41,761 nucleotides of DNA from a virus. The stretch lies in the UHGV virus genome UHGV-0249630. One strand, 5' to 3'. This document shows, piece after piece, positions 18,365 through 26,944 of this stretch (positions within the stretch are counted from its first letter, which is position 1; the number at the start of each line of letters is the position of its first letter). The position numbers were made by a program, and so were the translations under genes. Below the pieces are notes generated by a model, which was not told the origin of the DNA, did no database searches, and saw only the letters and a list, made by a program, of their open reading frames with translations.

Positions 18365-18399
18365 TTTTTCTAAATGCTCACAGAATGCTCACAAAAAAT
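18365..18399 (+). repeat. attP arm-type repeat, left copy (35 bp)
   Basis: TTTTTCTAAATGCTCACAGAATGCTCACAAAAAAT identical to 18613-18647; contains tandem AATGCTCACA. Confidence 0.85.
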
Positions 18400-18505
18400 A
18401 TAAACTTTATAAAATCTGTAAAAAGCGTAAAAATTAAAATACTTGATTTTACAGTGTTTTATAGACTTTATAAAATCCATAAAAAATATAAAAAGCATAT
18501 TTTTA

Positions 18506-18565
18506 ACCCTGCTAAGGTGTTATGTGGAGCAATCTGCATCTAGGGTTCAAATCCCTATTACTCCG
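18506..18565 (+). other. attP core: 3' part of tRNA-Ser(GCT)
   Basis: CTGCTAA anticodon loop, long variable arm, TAGGG-TTCAAAT-CCCTA T arm, acceptor strand ending in G; 5' half absent. Confidence 0.85.
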
Positions 18566-18612
18566 TTTTTTATTATGTTTCAGGTATATTGAATTTTTAG
18601 GGTGTCGCCTAT

Positions 18613-18647
18613 TTTTTCTAAATGCTCACAGAATGCTCACAAAAAAT
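18613..18647 (+). repeat. attP arm-type repeat, right copy
   Basis: Identical direct copy overlapping the integrase 3' end. Confidence 0.85.
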
Positions 18648-19727
18648 CCTGTTTTCAATCGCTTCTTTTGCATTCAGATTTACATCACTCATTATTGCAG
18701 AATAGATATCATTAGTTGTAGATGTTCTAGCATGACCTACCTGACGCGAAATATAAACTGTTGGCAAACCTAGTGTATGTAATATGTCAACAAACTGCCC
18801 TCTTAAGTCATGAACTCTCATATAATCCTCAGGGTAACCACAAGCTTTTAACAATTTATCAAATTGAGAATTTATCCAATTTGCACTGACAGGTCTATCA
18901 TTGTCCTTACCTTTAAACAAATACCCAGAAAATATGTGGTATTGCCTTATATGCCATTTTATTATTTTACCAACACTAGGCGGGAAATCAACAATACGTT
19001 TTGACTGCTGGGTTTTAGTTCTGTCTTTGATGTTACGTCGAGTATATTGTTTTGTAATCCATATTTGATTTCGCTTAAAATCAATATCCTCAACACAAAT
19101 TGCGGAATATTCCCCAAGACGCATACCGGTAAATATCGCAAGCGAAAATATACAATAAAATGCCGGGAATTTCTCTTTGCATAATTTACTTACCTTTTTT
19201 ATTTCTTCTATGTCAAAGCGATGCCTTAATTTAATAGGTTCTTGAGCCTTTGGCATATATTCAAAAGGATTTTCAATTATTAATTTCATTTTTAATGCAT
19301 AGTTGAAAGCCGCTTTACAAAGTTTTCGGCATCCGTTTATAATATGAGGACTTTTAGTTTTTGTAGCTTTGTCAAACCAATTTTGTATTATGTACGGGCT
19401 TAATTCTTCAATCTTAAGATAAATAAAATCTTGCAAATGATTTTTGTAATATCCTTTATAATTGGCAATTGTACCTGCTGAATATTCCTGAGATACTTCA
19501 ATATGTTCAATAAATAAACCTAGGATATCTTTAAATGTTGTTTTTTCAGGATTTAATTTTATCTTTTTATTTTTATACTTTTGAACTGCTTCATATTCAC
19601 ATTGCTGTGCCTCCTGTTTTGTTTTAAAACCACTTTTTCGTAATTGTTTCCGTGGGCTTTTTTGAATTGTTATGCAAAATTCCCACGTAAAACTACCATC
19701 ACTTTTATATCTTTTTCTTACGCTCAT
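18618..19727 (-). CDS. int: Tyrosine integrase
   Basis: TGMRLGE, HDLR and GHA...TNDIY catalytic motifs; N-terminal arm-binding GFKTKQEA. Confidence 0.95.
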   Translation of the reverse strand: MSVRKRYKSDGSFTWEFCITIQKSPRKQLRKSGFKTKQEAQQCEYEAVQKYKNKKIKLNPEKTTFKDILGLFIEHIEVSQEYSAGTIANYKGYYKNHLQDFIYLKIEELSPYIIQNWFDKATKTKSPHIINGCRKLCKAAFNYALKMKLIIENPFEYMPKAQEPIKLRHRFDIEEIKKVSKLCKEKFPAFYCIFSLAIFTGMRLGEYSAICVEDIDFKRNQIWITKQYTRRNIKDRTKTQQSKRIVDFPPSVGKIIKWHIRQYHIFSGYLFKGKDNDRPVSANWINSQFDKLLKACGYPEDYMRVHDLRGQFVDILHTLGLPTVYISRQVGHARTSTTNDIYSAIMSDVNLNAKEAIENRIFCEHSVSI

Positions 19728-19730
19728 ATA

Positions 19731-19952
19731 TCAACCTCTTGCCGGTTCAAGCCCGTCATTCAACCACTTAATGACATCTCTTTCGCTAACTTTTAAACCA
19801 CCGCGTGTATAAACTGGAATTTCGTTTAAAGTTTTCGTGTACTTGTACAAAGTAGGATATTTAATTTTGTATTTTAACCCTACTTCTTTGAACGTCATCA
19901 AATCGTTTGGAATTTCTATCTTACTCTTGTTTAAATTAATAACATTGTTCAC
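19731..19952 (-). CDS. xis: Excisionase-like HTH protein
   Basis: LMTFKEV...TLYKY HTH pattern; AGGAG RBS; 3 bp upstream of int. Confidence 0.65.
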   Translation of the reverse strand: MNNVINLNKSKIEIPNDLMTFKEVGLKYKIKYPTLYKYTKTLNEIPVYTRGGLKVSERDVIKWLNDGLEPARG

Positions 19953-20028
19953 AATTTTTCTCCTATAAATTAAAATAACTTCATGAAATTTTTTTCATGA
20001 AGTTTTATTACTTTTTAAATATTTATAT

Positions 20029-20250
20029 TTATGCTGTTTTCCTTTTTTTTATTTCTCTGACCTGTGCATAATGCATATCATCAATTTTTATACGGTTGTC
20101 CCATCTGTGCAATGTATTTTTTAAATAAGTTATTAACTCTGAGATATTCCGTTCACAAGGTGGGTTTTGTTTCATCGCGTTCCAATTTGCATCCAACAGC
20201 TGAACAGATGTTTTAACTTCTTCATAATATTCTTTATCTTTATTATTCAT
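20029..20250 (-). CDS. Hypothetical protein
   Basis: RBS and coupling with upstream ORF. Confidence 0.6.
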   Translation of the reverse strand: MNNKDKEYYEEVKTSVQLLDANWNAMKQNPPCERNISELITYLKNTLHRWDNRIKIDDMHYAQVREIKKRKTA

Positions 20251-20330
20251 TTATCTTCCTCATAAGTTGTAATCAAACCAATATAAAACCCTGTTAAAAA
20301 GGCTAAAATCGTCATTACTAAAGTTATCAT
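20247..20330 (-). CDS. 27-aa hydrophobic peptide MITLVMTILAFLTGFYIGLITTYEEDK
   Basis: GAGGAG RBS; ATGA overlap with next gene; not in ORF track. Confidence 0.55.
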   Translation of the reverse strand: MITLVMTILAFLTGFYIGLITTYEEDK

Positions 20331-20343
20331 ATACTCCTCTTTC

Positions 20344-20664
20344 CTAATCCTTTTCTCCGAACAGCTCGCGGACTTGGTTATAACATTTTTCAGTAAATGG
20401 TCTTAATCCAACCAGAATATGTTCTTTCAGATTTTCAACATCACTATAGATGTTATGTGCTTTATTAACTTGTGTCTCAATACAAATCAACTCAAGCAGA
20501 ATGCGGTCGGTGATTTCTGGATAGTAACGTACTTCCTCTGAAAGTTCGCAACACTCACAAATTTTTTTACATTCCCGTTCTAATTGTTTTGAACATTTAA
20601 AATATCTATCATAAGGTTCAATCCCGAACGCGTCAAAAAATTCCTTTTCTATTTCGTTAGTCAT
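20344..20664 (-). CDS. Hypothetical Cys-rich protein
   Basis: AAGGAG RBS; operon position. Confidence 0.65.
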   Translation of the reverse strand: MTNEIEKEFFDAFGIEPYDRYFKCSKQLERECKKICECCELSEEVRYYPEITDRILLELICIETQVNKAHNIYSDVENLKEHILVGLRPFTEKCYNQVRELFGEKD

Positions 20665-21127
20665 TAACTACTCCTTTCATAAATACTAAAAAAAATGTTT
20701 TGTTATTCTTGTGAAAAATTATTGGACGTACTTTTATTACATCAAGAATTTGTTTAAGGGTTATATCTCGTGTCGCCCATTTAAAAATCAAGGTGCCATT
20801 AGGTTTGAGAACTCTCATACATTCTTCAAAACCTTTTTTAATATCGGTAGGCCACGTTTTTTGTAATTTGCTGTACTTCTTACAAAGCCAGCTATTTTGA
20901 CCAACTTTCAATAAGTGTGGTGGGTCAAATATAACTAGGCTGAATAGATTATCTTCAAAAGGAATATTACGAAAATCCGCCACAATATCAGGATGAACTT
21001 TTAATTGTCGTCCGTCGCATAATATATCTTCGAAATCCCTATTGTCCATATAAACGACATCAGGATTTTCTTTATTAAAGTAGAACATTCTGGAGCCACA
21101 GCAAACATCTAATATTGGTTTAGTCAT
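20657..21127 (-). CDS. Class I SAM-dependent (probable DNA) methyltransferase
   Basis: ILDVCCGSRMF and FDPPH motifs; GGAGG RBS before ATG 21127. Confidence 0.85.
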   Translation of the reverse strand: MTKPILDVCCGSRMFYFNKENPDVVYMDNRDFEDILCDGRQLKVHPDIVADFRNIPFEDNLFSLVIFDPPHLLKVGQNSWLCKKYSKLQKTWPTDIKKGFEECMRVLKPNGTLIFKWATRDITLKQILDVIKVRPIIFHKNNKTFFLVFMKGVVND

Positions 21128-21623
21128 ATATCCACACCTCCGATTTGATTGCCTGCTTGATACTTTCACCGCAAATTGGCAGAACTTTCCAAAGTATAAA
21201 TAAAATTAAGCACTCTGTTCTGTCTTCACGCTCAACAAACCAGTTATCGACTTTAATACCATTGTGCGTGAATTTAATTTTATGACCGCATTTTGTGATT
21301 AAAATATATTCATGCATTAATGTATTATCTGAATAATAATGCACGTATTTTACAACTGTAAGGCGTTGCTTTGCCAATTCTGCAAGCATTATTTCTTCCA
21401 GCTTCACAAAGTTTTCCGGCTGAGTGAAGTCGGGAAACACAACTTTATGAATTTCTTTATAGGTGCGAGCTTTGATAGATGTGTTACAACCTTGACACCG
21501 CTTTGGGTTATAAGTTCTAAAATGACGTGTTCTATCCTCACAGCCACAACTTATTATAGTTTTATTAATAGGTTTAATCCCGCAAATCTCACACAGTTCA
21601 CGCGATAAGTTATTTGTTGTCAT
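21120..21623 (-). CDS. Hypothetical Cys-rich protein
   Basis: GGAGAGG RBS before ATG 21623; loosely similar to 20344..20664. Confidence 0.6.
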   Translation of the reverse strand: MTTNNLSRELCEICGIKPINKTIISCGCEDRTRHFRTYNPKRCQGCNTSIKARTYKEIHKVVFPDFTQPENFVKLEEIMLAELAKQRLTVVKYVHYYSDNTLMHEYILITKCGHKIKFTHNGIKVDNWFVEREDRTECLILFILWKVLPICGESIKQAIKSEVWIYD

Positions 21624-21637
21624 ATTACCCTCTCCCA

Positions 21638-21781
21638 TTACTTATTCTTCATCTCTTCTAGTACACTCACGCACATCATTGGGTCTCTTGTCCACCTACA
21701 TTGTGGATAATGTTTTGTTGCTTCTAGGAATAATCCTATTATAAGCATCAACAGCATTATTATAAATATCTTTGCTATCAT
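21638..21781 (-). CDS. 47-aa small membrane protein
   Basis: AAGGAG RBS; ATGA overlap; MIAKIFIIMLLMLIIGLFL hydrophobic N-terminus. Confidence 0.55.
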   Translation of the reverse strand: MIAKIFIIMLLMLIIGLFLEATKHYPQCRWTRDPMMCVSVLEEMKNK

Positions 21782-22098
21782 TGTTCTTTCTCCTTTATAA
21801 GTTCAAATTCTATGTCGTAAACTGCTTTGTCTGTTTTTAAATCTGTATCTAAACCGTTATTTAATTTACTTATACTTCTAATTAAGCCATACAGCCTTTT
21901 ACCAATAGCATCTCTTGCAGGATACCCAAGACAGAAACAACAAGGGATTGCCACCCTTATATAATTAGAAGGATTTACTATATCCATTAAATACGATAAT
22001 CTTGCATCCCAATAAGGATTAGCAACTCTATACTCGTGCGTTTTCTCGCCTGATTTTATCTTCTCAAACCATTCTTTTTTAACGTTAAATGTTAGCAT
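21778..22098 (-). CDS. ASCH/PUA-like domain protein
   Basis: WFEKIKSGEKTHEYR motif. Confidence 0.75.
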   Translation of the reverse strand: MLTFNVKKEWFEKIKSGEKTHEYRVANPYWDARLSYLMDIVNPSNYIRVAIPCCFCLGYPARDAIGKRLYGLIRSISKLNNGLDTDLKTDKAVYDIEFELIKEKEQ

Positions 22099-22480
22099 TG
22101 TTCAGCTCCTTAATCTTTTTTGCCAAAAGTTCTAATACCGAATTAACATTGTTTTTAGCTAATATAGCGTTTTTGTGTGTCCTAACAGTAGCAGGAGAAA
22201 TATTAAGTTTTTTCGCAATATCCTTTACTAAAAAGCCTTCAATTATAAAATTATATATTTCATACTCTCGGGGCGTTATTGCACAATTTAAGTATAATTC
22301 TAGGTCTCGTTTGTTTTTTTGTGTAAGTAAATTTCTTGTTGCAAAGTTTTTAATCGAATAAACACTACGATTTAACCGTTGCGCAATATTTATAACATTA
22401 TCTTTTTCTCCAGTATAGTTTTCTTTTATAAATTTGATTTCCTCTTTACTAAATCTTTTTTGAATTATAATATCTTGCAT
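22085..22480 (-). CDS. LuxR-type HTH regulator
   Basis: ITPREYEI...KDIAKKLNISPATVRTH. Confidence 0.8.
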   Translation of the reverse strand: MQDIIIQKRFSKEEIKFIKENYTGEKDNVINIAQRLNRSVYSIKNFATRNLLTQKNKRDLELYLNCAITPREYEIYNFIIEGFLVKDIAKKLNISPATVRTHKNAILAKNNVNSVLELLAKKIKELNNANI

Positions 22481-22581
22481 TATCCACCTCTTTCACAACT
22501 AAAATACCTCTGATTAAATCAGAAAATGCGTCACGGTCGCTTAAGCCTTCATTTTTTCTCCTTTTGTGTTATATTGGTTTT

Positions 22582-22764
22582 ATGCATTTTCAAATAATAA
22601 AATATAAAAAAAGTAATGTACCTTGTTCTATTTGCCATAAAGAAACAGCTCCTTATGAAGTTGAATTTTATTATGAAGCGAATGGACGCTATATACGGCT
22701 AGGGCGTTTTTGTGAAAAGCATTTTCAAGAATTTCTTGAAGAGGTTCAGACTGTTAAGTTGTAA
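22582..22764 (+). CDS. Small zinc-binding protein on the opposite strand, probably leaderless
   Basis: CSIC...CEKH; TG-T-TATATT extended -10 ends 6 nt before ATG 22582. Confidence 0.5.
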   Translation: MHFQIIKYKKSNVPCSICHKETAPYEVEFYYEANGRYIRLGRFCEKHFQEFLEEVQTVKL

Positions 22765-23599
22765 TAGCTTTCGCATTGCTGATAATGTTTCGAATATCAC
22801 AAAATCTAGCTAAATAATGTTGATGAACTAAATGAGCAGCATTAATATTAATATTTGCTGTTCCATTGTCAAGAATTTCCTCAATCTCCTCAAGAGCCAT
22901 ACGGTAGCTATAAAGTTTCATTGTGAGGTCGTGATTTTCTTCTTGCTTAGCTTGTTCAGCTTGTTGATACCAATTTTTCTCACAATCAGCTTTACCCCAA
23001 CCTTCACTACATCTAACAACCTGTTTTTTCAGCTCCTCATTTTCTTTCAATGTTTCATCAAAAATCAATTTTATTTGTTCGTGAACTTCTAGAGTGCAAA
23101 GACGTTCATCTTTTTCTATTACACCTGTATCTGTAAGTTCTACACCATACTTAGGGTGAGAATTTACAACAGCTTGTATTTTTTTTAGCAATTCTTCATC
23201 TAATCTATAAAGTTTATAATATGATTTCCATTTTTCACACTCCTGCGTTTTGCGGGCGAGTTGCTTGAAATAGCAGTTGGGATAATCTAAACAATGGGGA
23301 TACCTATTTTCACACTGATAACAATCGCAATGCCCTTCTTGCCAAAATATGCATTGTTGCACAATTACATTCATTTCATCAATTATTATCTGTTCTTTAT
23401 CTGTCATTGTTGTTGATCCTTCAATTTGTAGTACATTGTCATTAGATTTTTTATTCCGGAGCTTTTCTGCTTTACATTGGGATTTAAGCTCATTAAGTTT
23501 CCGAACTAAGTTATTGTTGTCTTTCTGTAAATCTTTGTTTTGCTGTTTTAATCCCTCATTTTGAGATTTTAAAAGGTTGATTTCTTGTATACTAAGCAT
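22754..23599 (-). CDS. Hypothetical coiled-coil/Cys-rich protein
   Basis: GGGAG RBS before ATG 23599; second RBS+ATG at 23407. Confidence 0.6.
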   Translation of the reverse strand: MLSIQEINLLKSQNEGLKQQNKDLQKDNNNLVRKLNELKSQCKAEKLRNKKSNDNVLQIEGSTTMTDKEQIIIDEMNVIVQQCIFWQEGHCDCYQCENRYPHCLDYPNCYFKQLARKTQECEKWKSYYKLYRLDEELLKKIQAVVNSHPKYGVELTDTGVIEKDERLCTLEVHEQIKLIFDETLKENEELKKQVVRCSEGWGKADCEKNWYQQAEQAKQEENHDLTMKLYSYRMALEEIEEILDNGTANININAAHLVHQHYLARFCDIRNIISNAKAITT

Positions 23600-23601
23600 T
23601 T

Positions 23602-24111
23602 TTATATCTCCCTTAAAGTCAATTGTTTTGCAGTTTTCATGTAGGGTTTTGCACTTACTTTTTCCAACTCGGAAAGTGCCTGCCTGTTCCAATATAGGAT
23701 TTTATCTTTGTACTTGTTGTTTTTTTCTTCTTCAAAATCACTTTCAAAGCCGAAAAATTCGTCAATTATTTCAGACCATTTCCATTTTTCGATATAGCGT
23801 AAAACAAGGATTTTACGATAATGCCATTTCTTGATCCGTGCAATTTGGGTTTTAATTATTTCTTTTTCAGGTTTAAGCCAGCTTTCATAGTCTGCAAGTT
23901 TTGTATTTATTTTTTGCAATGTCATTGCATAATGTTCTTCCTCACTGATTTTAGAGCCGTTACCGGATGTAACCTTTATTTTTGAGTAGTCTATGCCACG
24001 TAATGTGCTTATTCTCTGAATGATATTTGCCTTTTGATTTAAGAGATAGTTATATTCCTTTTCTATTTCTGAATAATTGTCAAGCCTCTCTACCGTTATA
24101 GGTTCGTACAT
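23602..24111 (-). CDS. ArpU/RinA-like late transcription regulator
   Basis: RKILVLRYIEKWKWSEI sigma-region-4-like motif after a coiled coil. Confidence 0.6.
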   Translation of the reverse strand: MYEPITVERLDNYSEIEKEYNYLLNQKANIIQRISTLRGIDYSKIKVTSGNGSKISEEEHYAMTLQKINTKLADYESWLKPEKEIIKTQIARIKKWHYRKILVLRYIEKWKWSEIIDEFFGFESDFEEEKNNKYKDKILYWNRQALSELEKVSAKPYMKTAKQLTLREI

Positions 24112-24128
24112 AGTGACCTCTTCTTATC

Positions 24129-24344
24129 TTATTTCATAATATTTTCTCGATATGCCCAACTAACAAGATGAGGGCGGTTAACTGTTCCGGTTTTTATCAA
24201 AAGATTGCCAAAAATATTTCTGATTGCTGAATATGAAGAGTTTAAACATTCTGCAATTTCTTTATCTGTATAACCTGCAGCTATAAACTCAATTACTTTC
24301 TTTTCTTTGGGGGTTATTGTTGTCTTTCGTTTTTTCTCTTCCAT
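24129..24344 (-). CDS. LuxR-type HTH regulator
   Basis: ITPKEKKVIEFIAAGYTDKEIAECL. Confidence 0.8.
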   Translation of the reverse strand: MEEKKRKTTITPKEKKVIEFIAAGYTDKEIAECLNSSYSAIRNIFGNLLIKTGTVNRPHLVSWAYRENIMK

Positions 24345-24362
24345 TGGTTTATTTCCTTTTGT

Positions 24363-24788
24363 TCATAACAAACTTTTCTGTTCTGTAGTTGTATCTTTCC
24401 ATTGTGTATAATTTTGCATTTCTGTTATTATGACCTCTATTCGAGGCTTATACTTATCGTGATAAACACGGGATCCATCGTGTGATGCAATAATATCTCT
24501 GCAATCATCTACAATTAAACCTGATTTAACTGCTGCATCATCTATTGCATTTAAAAGATTTGGTAAATCTATCCGCCTTTTAGTTTCTGTGAAAAAAGTA
24601 CACTGCATATTGACAGGGTAGTTTATAACCCCTGTAGTATTTTTTACGTGTTTAAGATAAGGCAGACAGGCTTTTTCAAATTCCATATATGACTTAGAAG
24701 GAAGTAACACGGGAAATTTACCCCGCATTACTATCTGCCCGTTATTCTTCTTAGTGCGTGGCACTACAGGGATTGTAAACTCTATCAT
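24363..24788 (-). CDS. rusA: RusA-like Holliday junction resolvase
   Basis: DLPNLLNAIDD...GLIVDD and PRIEVII motifs. Confidence 0.75.
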   Translation of the reverse strand: MIEFTIPVVPRTKKNNGQIVMRGKFPVLLPSKSYMEFEKACLPYLKHVKNTTGVINYPVNMQCTFFTETKRRIDLPNLLNAIDDAAVKSGLIVDDCRDIIASHDGSRVYHDKYKPRIEVIITEMQNYTQWKDTTTEQKSLL

Positions 24789-24790
24789 TC

Positions 24791-25321
24791 TTATTTCTCC
24801 TCTGTGTTATCAACAACAAGTTTCATTTGTTTTGTACGTGTTTCGCCGTTAATATATGCTTTTGCTTTTTCTATAATTTTGTGTAATGCTTCTTCGTCTT
24901 TACCAGAAATACAAAATGTATTTTCATAACCTTCTTTGTAAATCGGTAATAACGGAGTTGAAATATTAATTACTGCATTATTTTGATCATTAAAAGCGTA
25001 TTTAACAGAATACAAAGCCTTTTCTAAAAAATCTGATTTCCCGTAATCAAACCTTATAACATTCATTGTTATCTTTGATGTTTCTGATGCTAATTTAGGA
25101 ATACAACTTGTAAAACCTGTTACCGCATTCTGAAAAGCTTTTGAAAATTCTTCTGTAATCTGGTCTTTACCTGTAAAGCTTACTTCCTGTGCGGATAAGT
25201 CATTTGACGTTTTATAAAAAATAGTTGCGGTATTGTCATTATTGACTTTTACCTTTTGAATAAACATCAAATTCTTGCTTTGGGTTGTGCTCTCTTTTTC
25301 TTTTGCTGCTGTTTGTGCCAT
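24791..25321 (-). CDS. Hypothetical protein
   Basis: GAGG RBS; operon position. Confidence 0.7.
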   Translation of the reverse strand: MAQTAAKEKESTTQSKNLMFIQKVKVNNDNTATIFYKTSNDLSAQEVSFTGKDQITEEFSKAFQNAVTGFTSCIPKLASETSKITMNVIRFDYGKSDFLEKALYSVKYAFNDQNNAVINISTPLLPIYKEGYENTFCISGKDEEALHKIIEKAKAYINGETRTKQMKLVVDNTEEK

Positions 25322-25325
25322 TGTT

Positions 25326-26027
25326 TTAACCTCTCTTTCTTATGTTTTGTGCTGTTTCTCGCAATAGTTTTAAACCTGCTTTATCTTCTTCTGGTGTAGA
25401 TTTTTCAATTTTTTCGGCAAGCGGAATAACTTCTTTTGCTTTCTGTCGTTCAAGTTTTTTCTTTGCCTTTTCCAATTTCGTTAAGCAGTCGCCATTTTCG
25501 ATAAGCTTTCTTATATATGCATCAATATCTTCAATTTTATTTTTGCGTTTTTTGTTTGTTTCAAGAAGATAATTTTTTAAAATTTCTCTCTCCTCTATAG
25601 AGAGAGATAATTTATTATCTCTCTCTTTGTTATCATTGTTGTTTGTTGTTGTTTGTTTGTTATTCTGACCCCCTAATTGATTGTTGGCAGCCTCTGTTTT
25701 TGCTTTGTTGTTGTCTTGATATAAATTGTAATTTTTTACCGTTATTATTGAGTATTGGCTTGTTGATTGGTATGTTATTTCGTTTGTTGATTGTAGTTTT
25801 TCTAATGCTGTTCTTACTTGTTGAATGGTCAAGCCGTTTAATGATGCTAATTTTTCATAACTTGTAACAAATTGTCCACGTTTAATACTAATATCGCGCC
25901 ATTTTTGGGTCTTATGATTTGCGCTAAGCAGACAATGTAAAAAGATAATTTTGACTGTCGGGTAATCATACCATTCCCATTCAAGAAATTTCCGAAATAA
26001 GCAAATCCATCCTTTTTCTTCATTCAT
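25326..26027 (-). CDS. Replication initiator (replisome organiser-like winged helix)
   Basis: GWICLFRK..EWEWY, RGQFVTS..KLA and IITVKNY motifs; AAGGAG RBS before ATG 26027. Confidence 0.8.
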   Translation of the reverse strand: MNEEKGWICLFRKFLEWEWYDYPTVKIIFLHCLLSANHKTQKWRDISIKRGQFVTSYEKLASLNGLTIQQVRTALEKLQSTNEITYQSTSQYSIITVKNYNLYQDNNKAKTEAANNQLGGQNNKQTTTNNNDNKERDNKLSLSIEEREILKNYLLETNKKRKNKIEDIDAYIRKLIENGDCLTKLEKAKKKLERQKAKEVIPLAEKIEKSTPEEDKAGLKLLRETAQNIRKRG

Positions 26028-26127
26028 TTTTTCTCCTTCCACAGATAAGGCGAGGCGGAATTGAACCGCCCGTATTTACTTAATTAAGCTAGCTCTACCT
26101 AGACCTTAACCTGTGTCGACATTTGTA

Positions 26128-26913
26128 TTAATTAAAAACAATCAAGTCATCAGGCAATATAAGTTTTTCTAACTTCTTTGTCGCCCTGCAATAATCACAA
26201 AGCCCGCACCTTTTTGGTTCTTCATTAGAGTTTTTGACGTCGATTATTCTCTGCATCTTCCAACGTAACTCTCTACGTTGGAATTCAAGTTGTTCATCAG
26301 GGATTAATATGCAATCTAAATCTGGATAATCCTGTTTATCTACCGCGGCAATTATGCAAGGTAATGTTTCTCCGGTATTTTGTCTTACTATTTCCTGATA
26401 AATTCCAAGCTGTAAATCGTAGCCCCATTTTTCTATAAAGCTTTGTTTCCAGCCATTTTTGTATGAAATGTCGCGAACTTTTTGCACAACCTTCAAATCC
26501 ACAATTGCTTCATGCGGGATGTAACTATCCATTTTGATTTTCCATTTTGCACCGAAAAGCTCGCCTGTCATAATAACTTGCTTTTCACCAGACATACATT
26601 TCATAAAAAGTTCTTCTTTTTCAACTCTTTGTATAATGTTTTCAGCTTTTATGTAGTCAGATTTTAAGCTTCCGTCTTTTTTAAAGATTTCAGGAGTGCG
26701 GACTTTGAAGTCCTCTAATGTTCCCTCAAAGTAGCTGTCAACGTAAGAGCCGATTAACATCGGGGTTGTGGGCGGTTCTACCCACTCCCCGTTAATTTTT
26801 GCCATTGCATAAGCTTCGCATTTCAAAAAATCTTTTACTTGTGAAACGCTGAAATATGCCTGGTTAGCCTTTTGTGAATAGTAATTGTCATTATTCAACT
26901 TCATTTCTTTCAC
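26128..26913 (-). CDS. PD-(D/E)XK exonuclease (DUF3799/RecE-like)
   Basis: KIKMDSY...IVDLK, GYDLQLGIYQE and terminal CGLCDYC. Confidence 0.8.
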   Translation of the reverse strand: MKEMKLNNDNYYSQKANQAYFSVSQVKDFLKCEAYAMAKINGEWVEPPTTPMLIGSYVDSYFEGTLEDFKVRTPEIFKKDGSLKSDYIKAENIIQRVEKEELFMKCMSGEKQVIMTGELFGAKWKIKMDSYIPHEAIVDLKVVQKVRDISYKNGWKQSFIEKWGYDLQLGIYQEIVRQNTGETLPCIIAAVDKQDYPDLDCILIPDEQLEFQRRELRWKMQRIIDVKNSNEEPKRCGLCDYCRATKKLEKLILPDDLIVFN

Positions 26914-26944
26914 CGTAAATTTCTTCTAGCTGTTCCAGTTCTTC

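Noticed and set aside
18506..18565. Functional phage tRNA-Ser gene
   Set aside because: 5' acceptor strand and D arm are missing; better explained as attP core
18295..18773. ORFs 18295..18543 and 18522..18773 sharing FLNAHRMLTKN
   Set aside because: The shared peptide is the translated att arm repeat; no RBS; overlap with attP and int
22541..22565. Strong RBS followed by ATG AAG GCT TAA on the minus strand
   Set aside because: Three-codon ORF; most likely a remnant next to the inserted + strand gene, function unsupported
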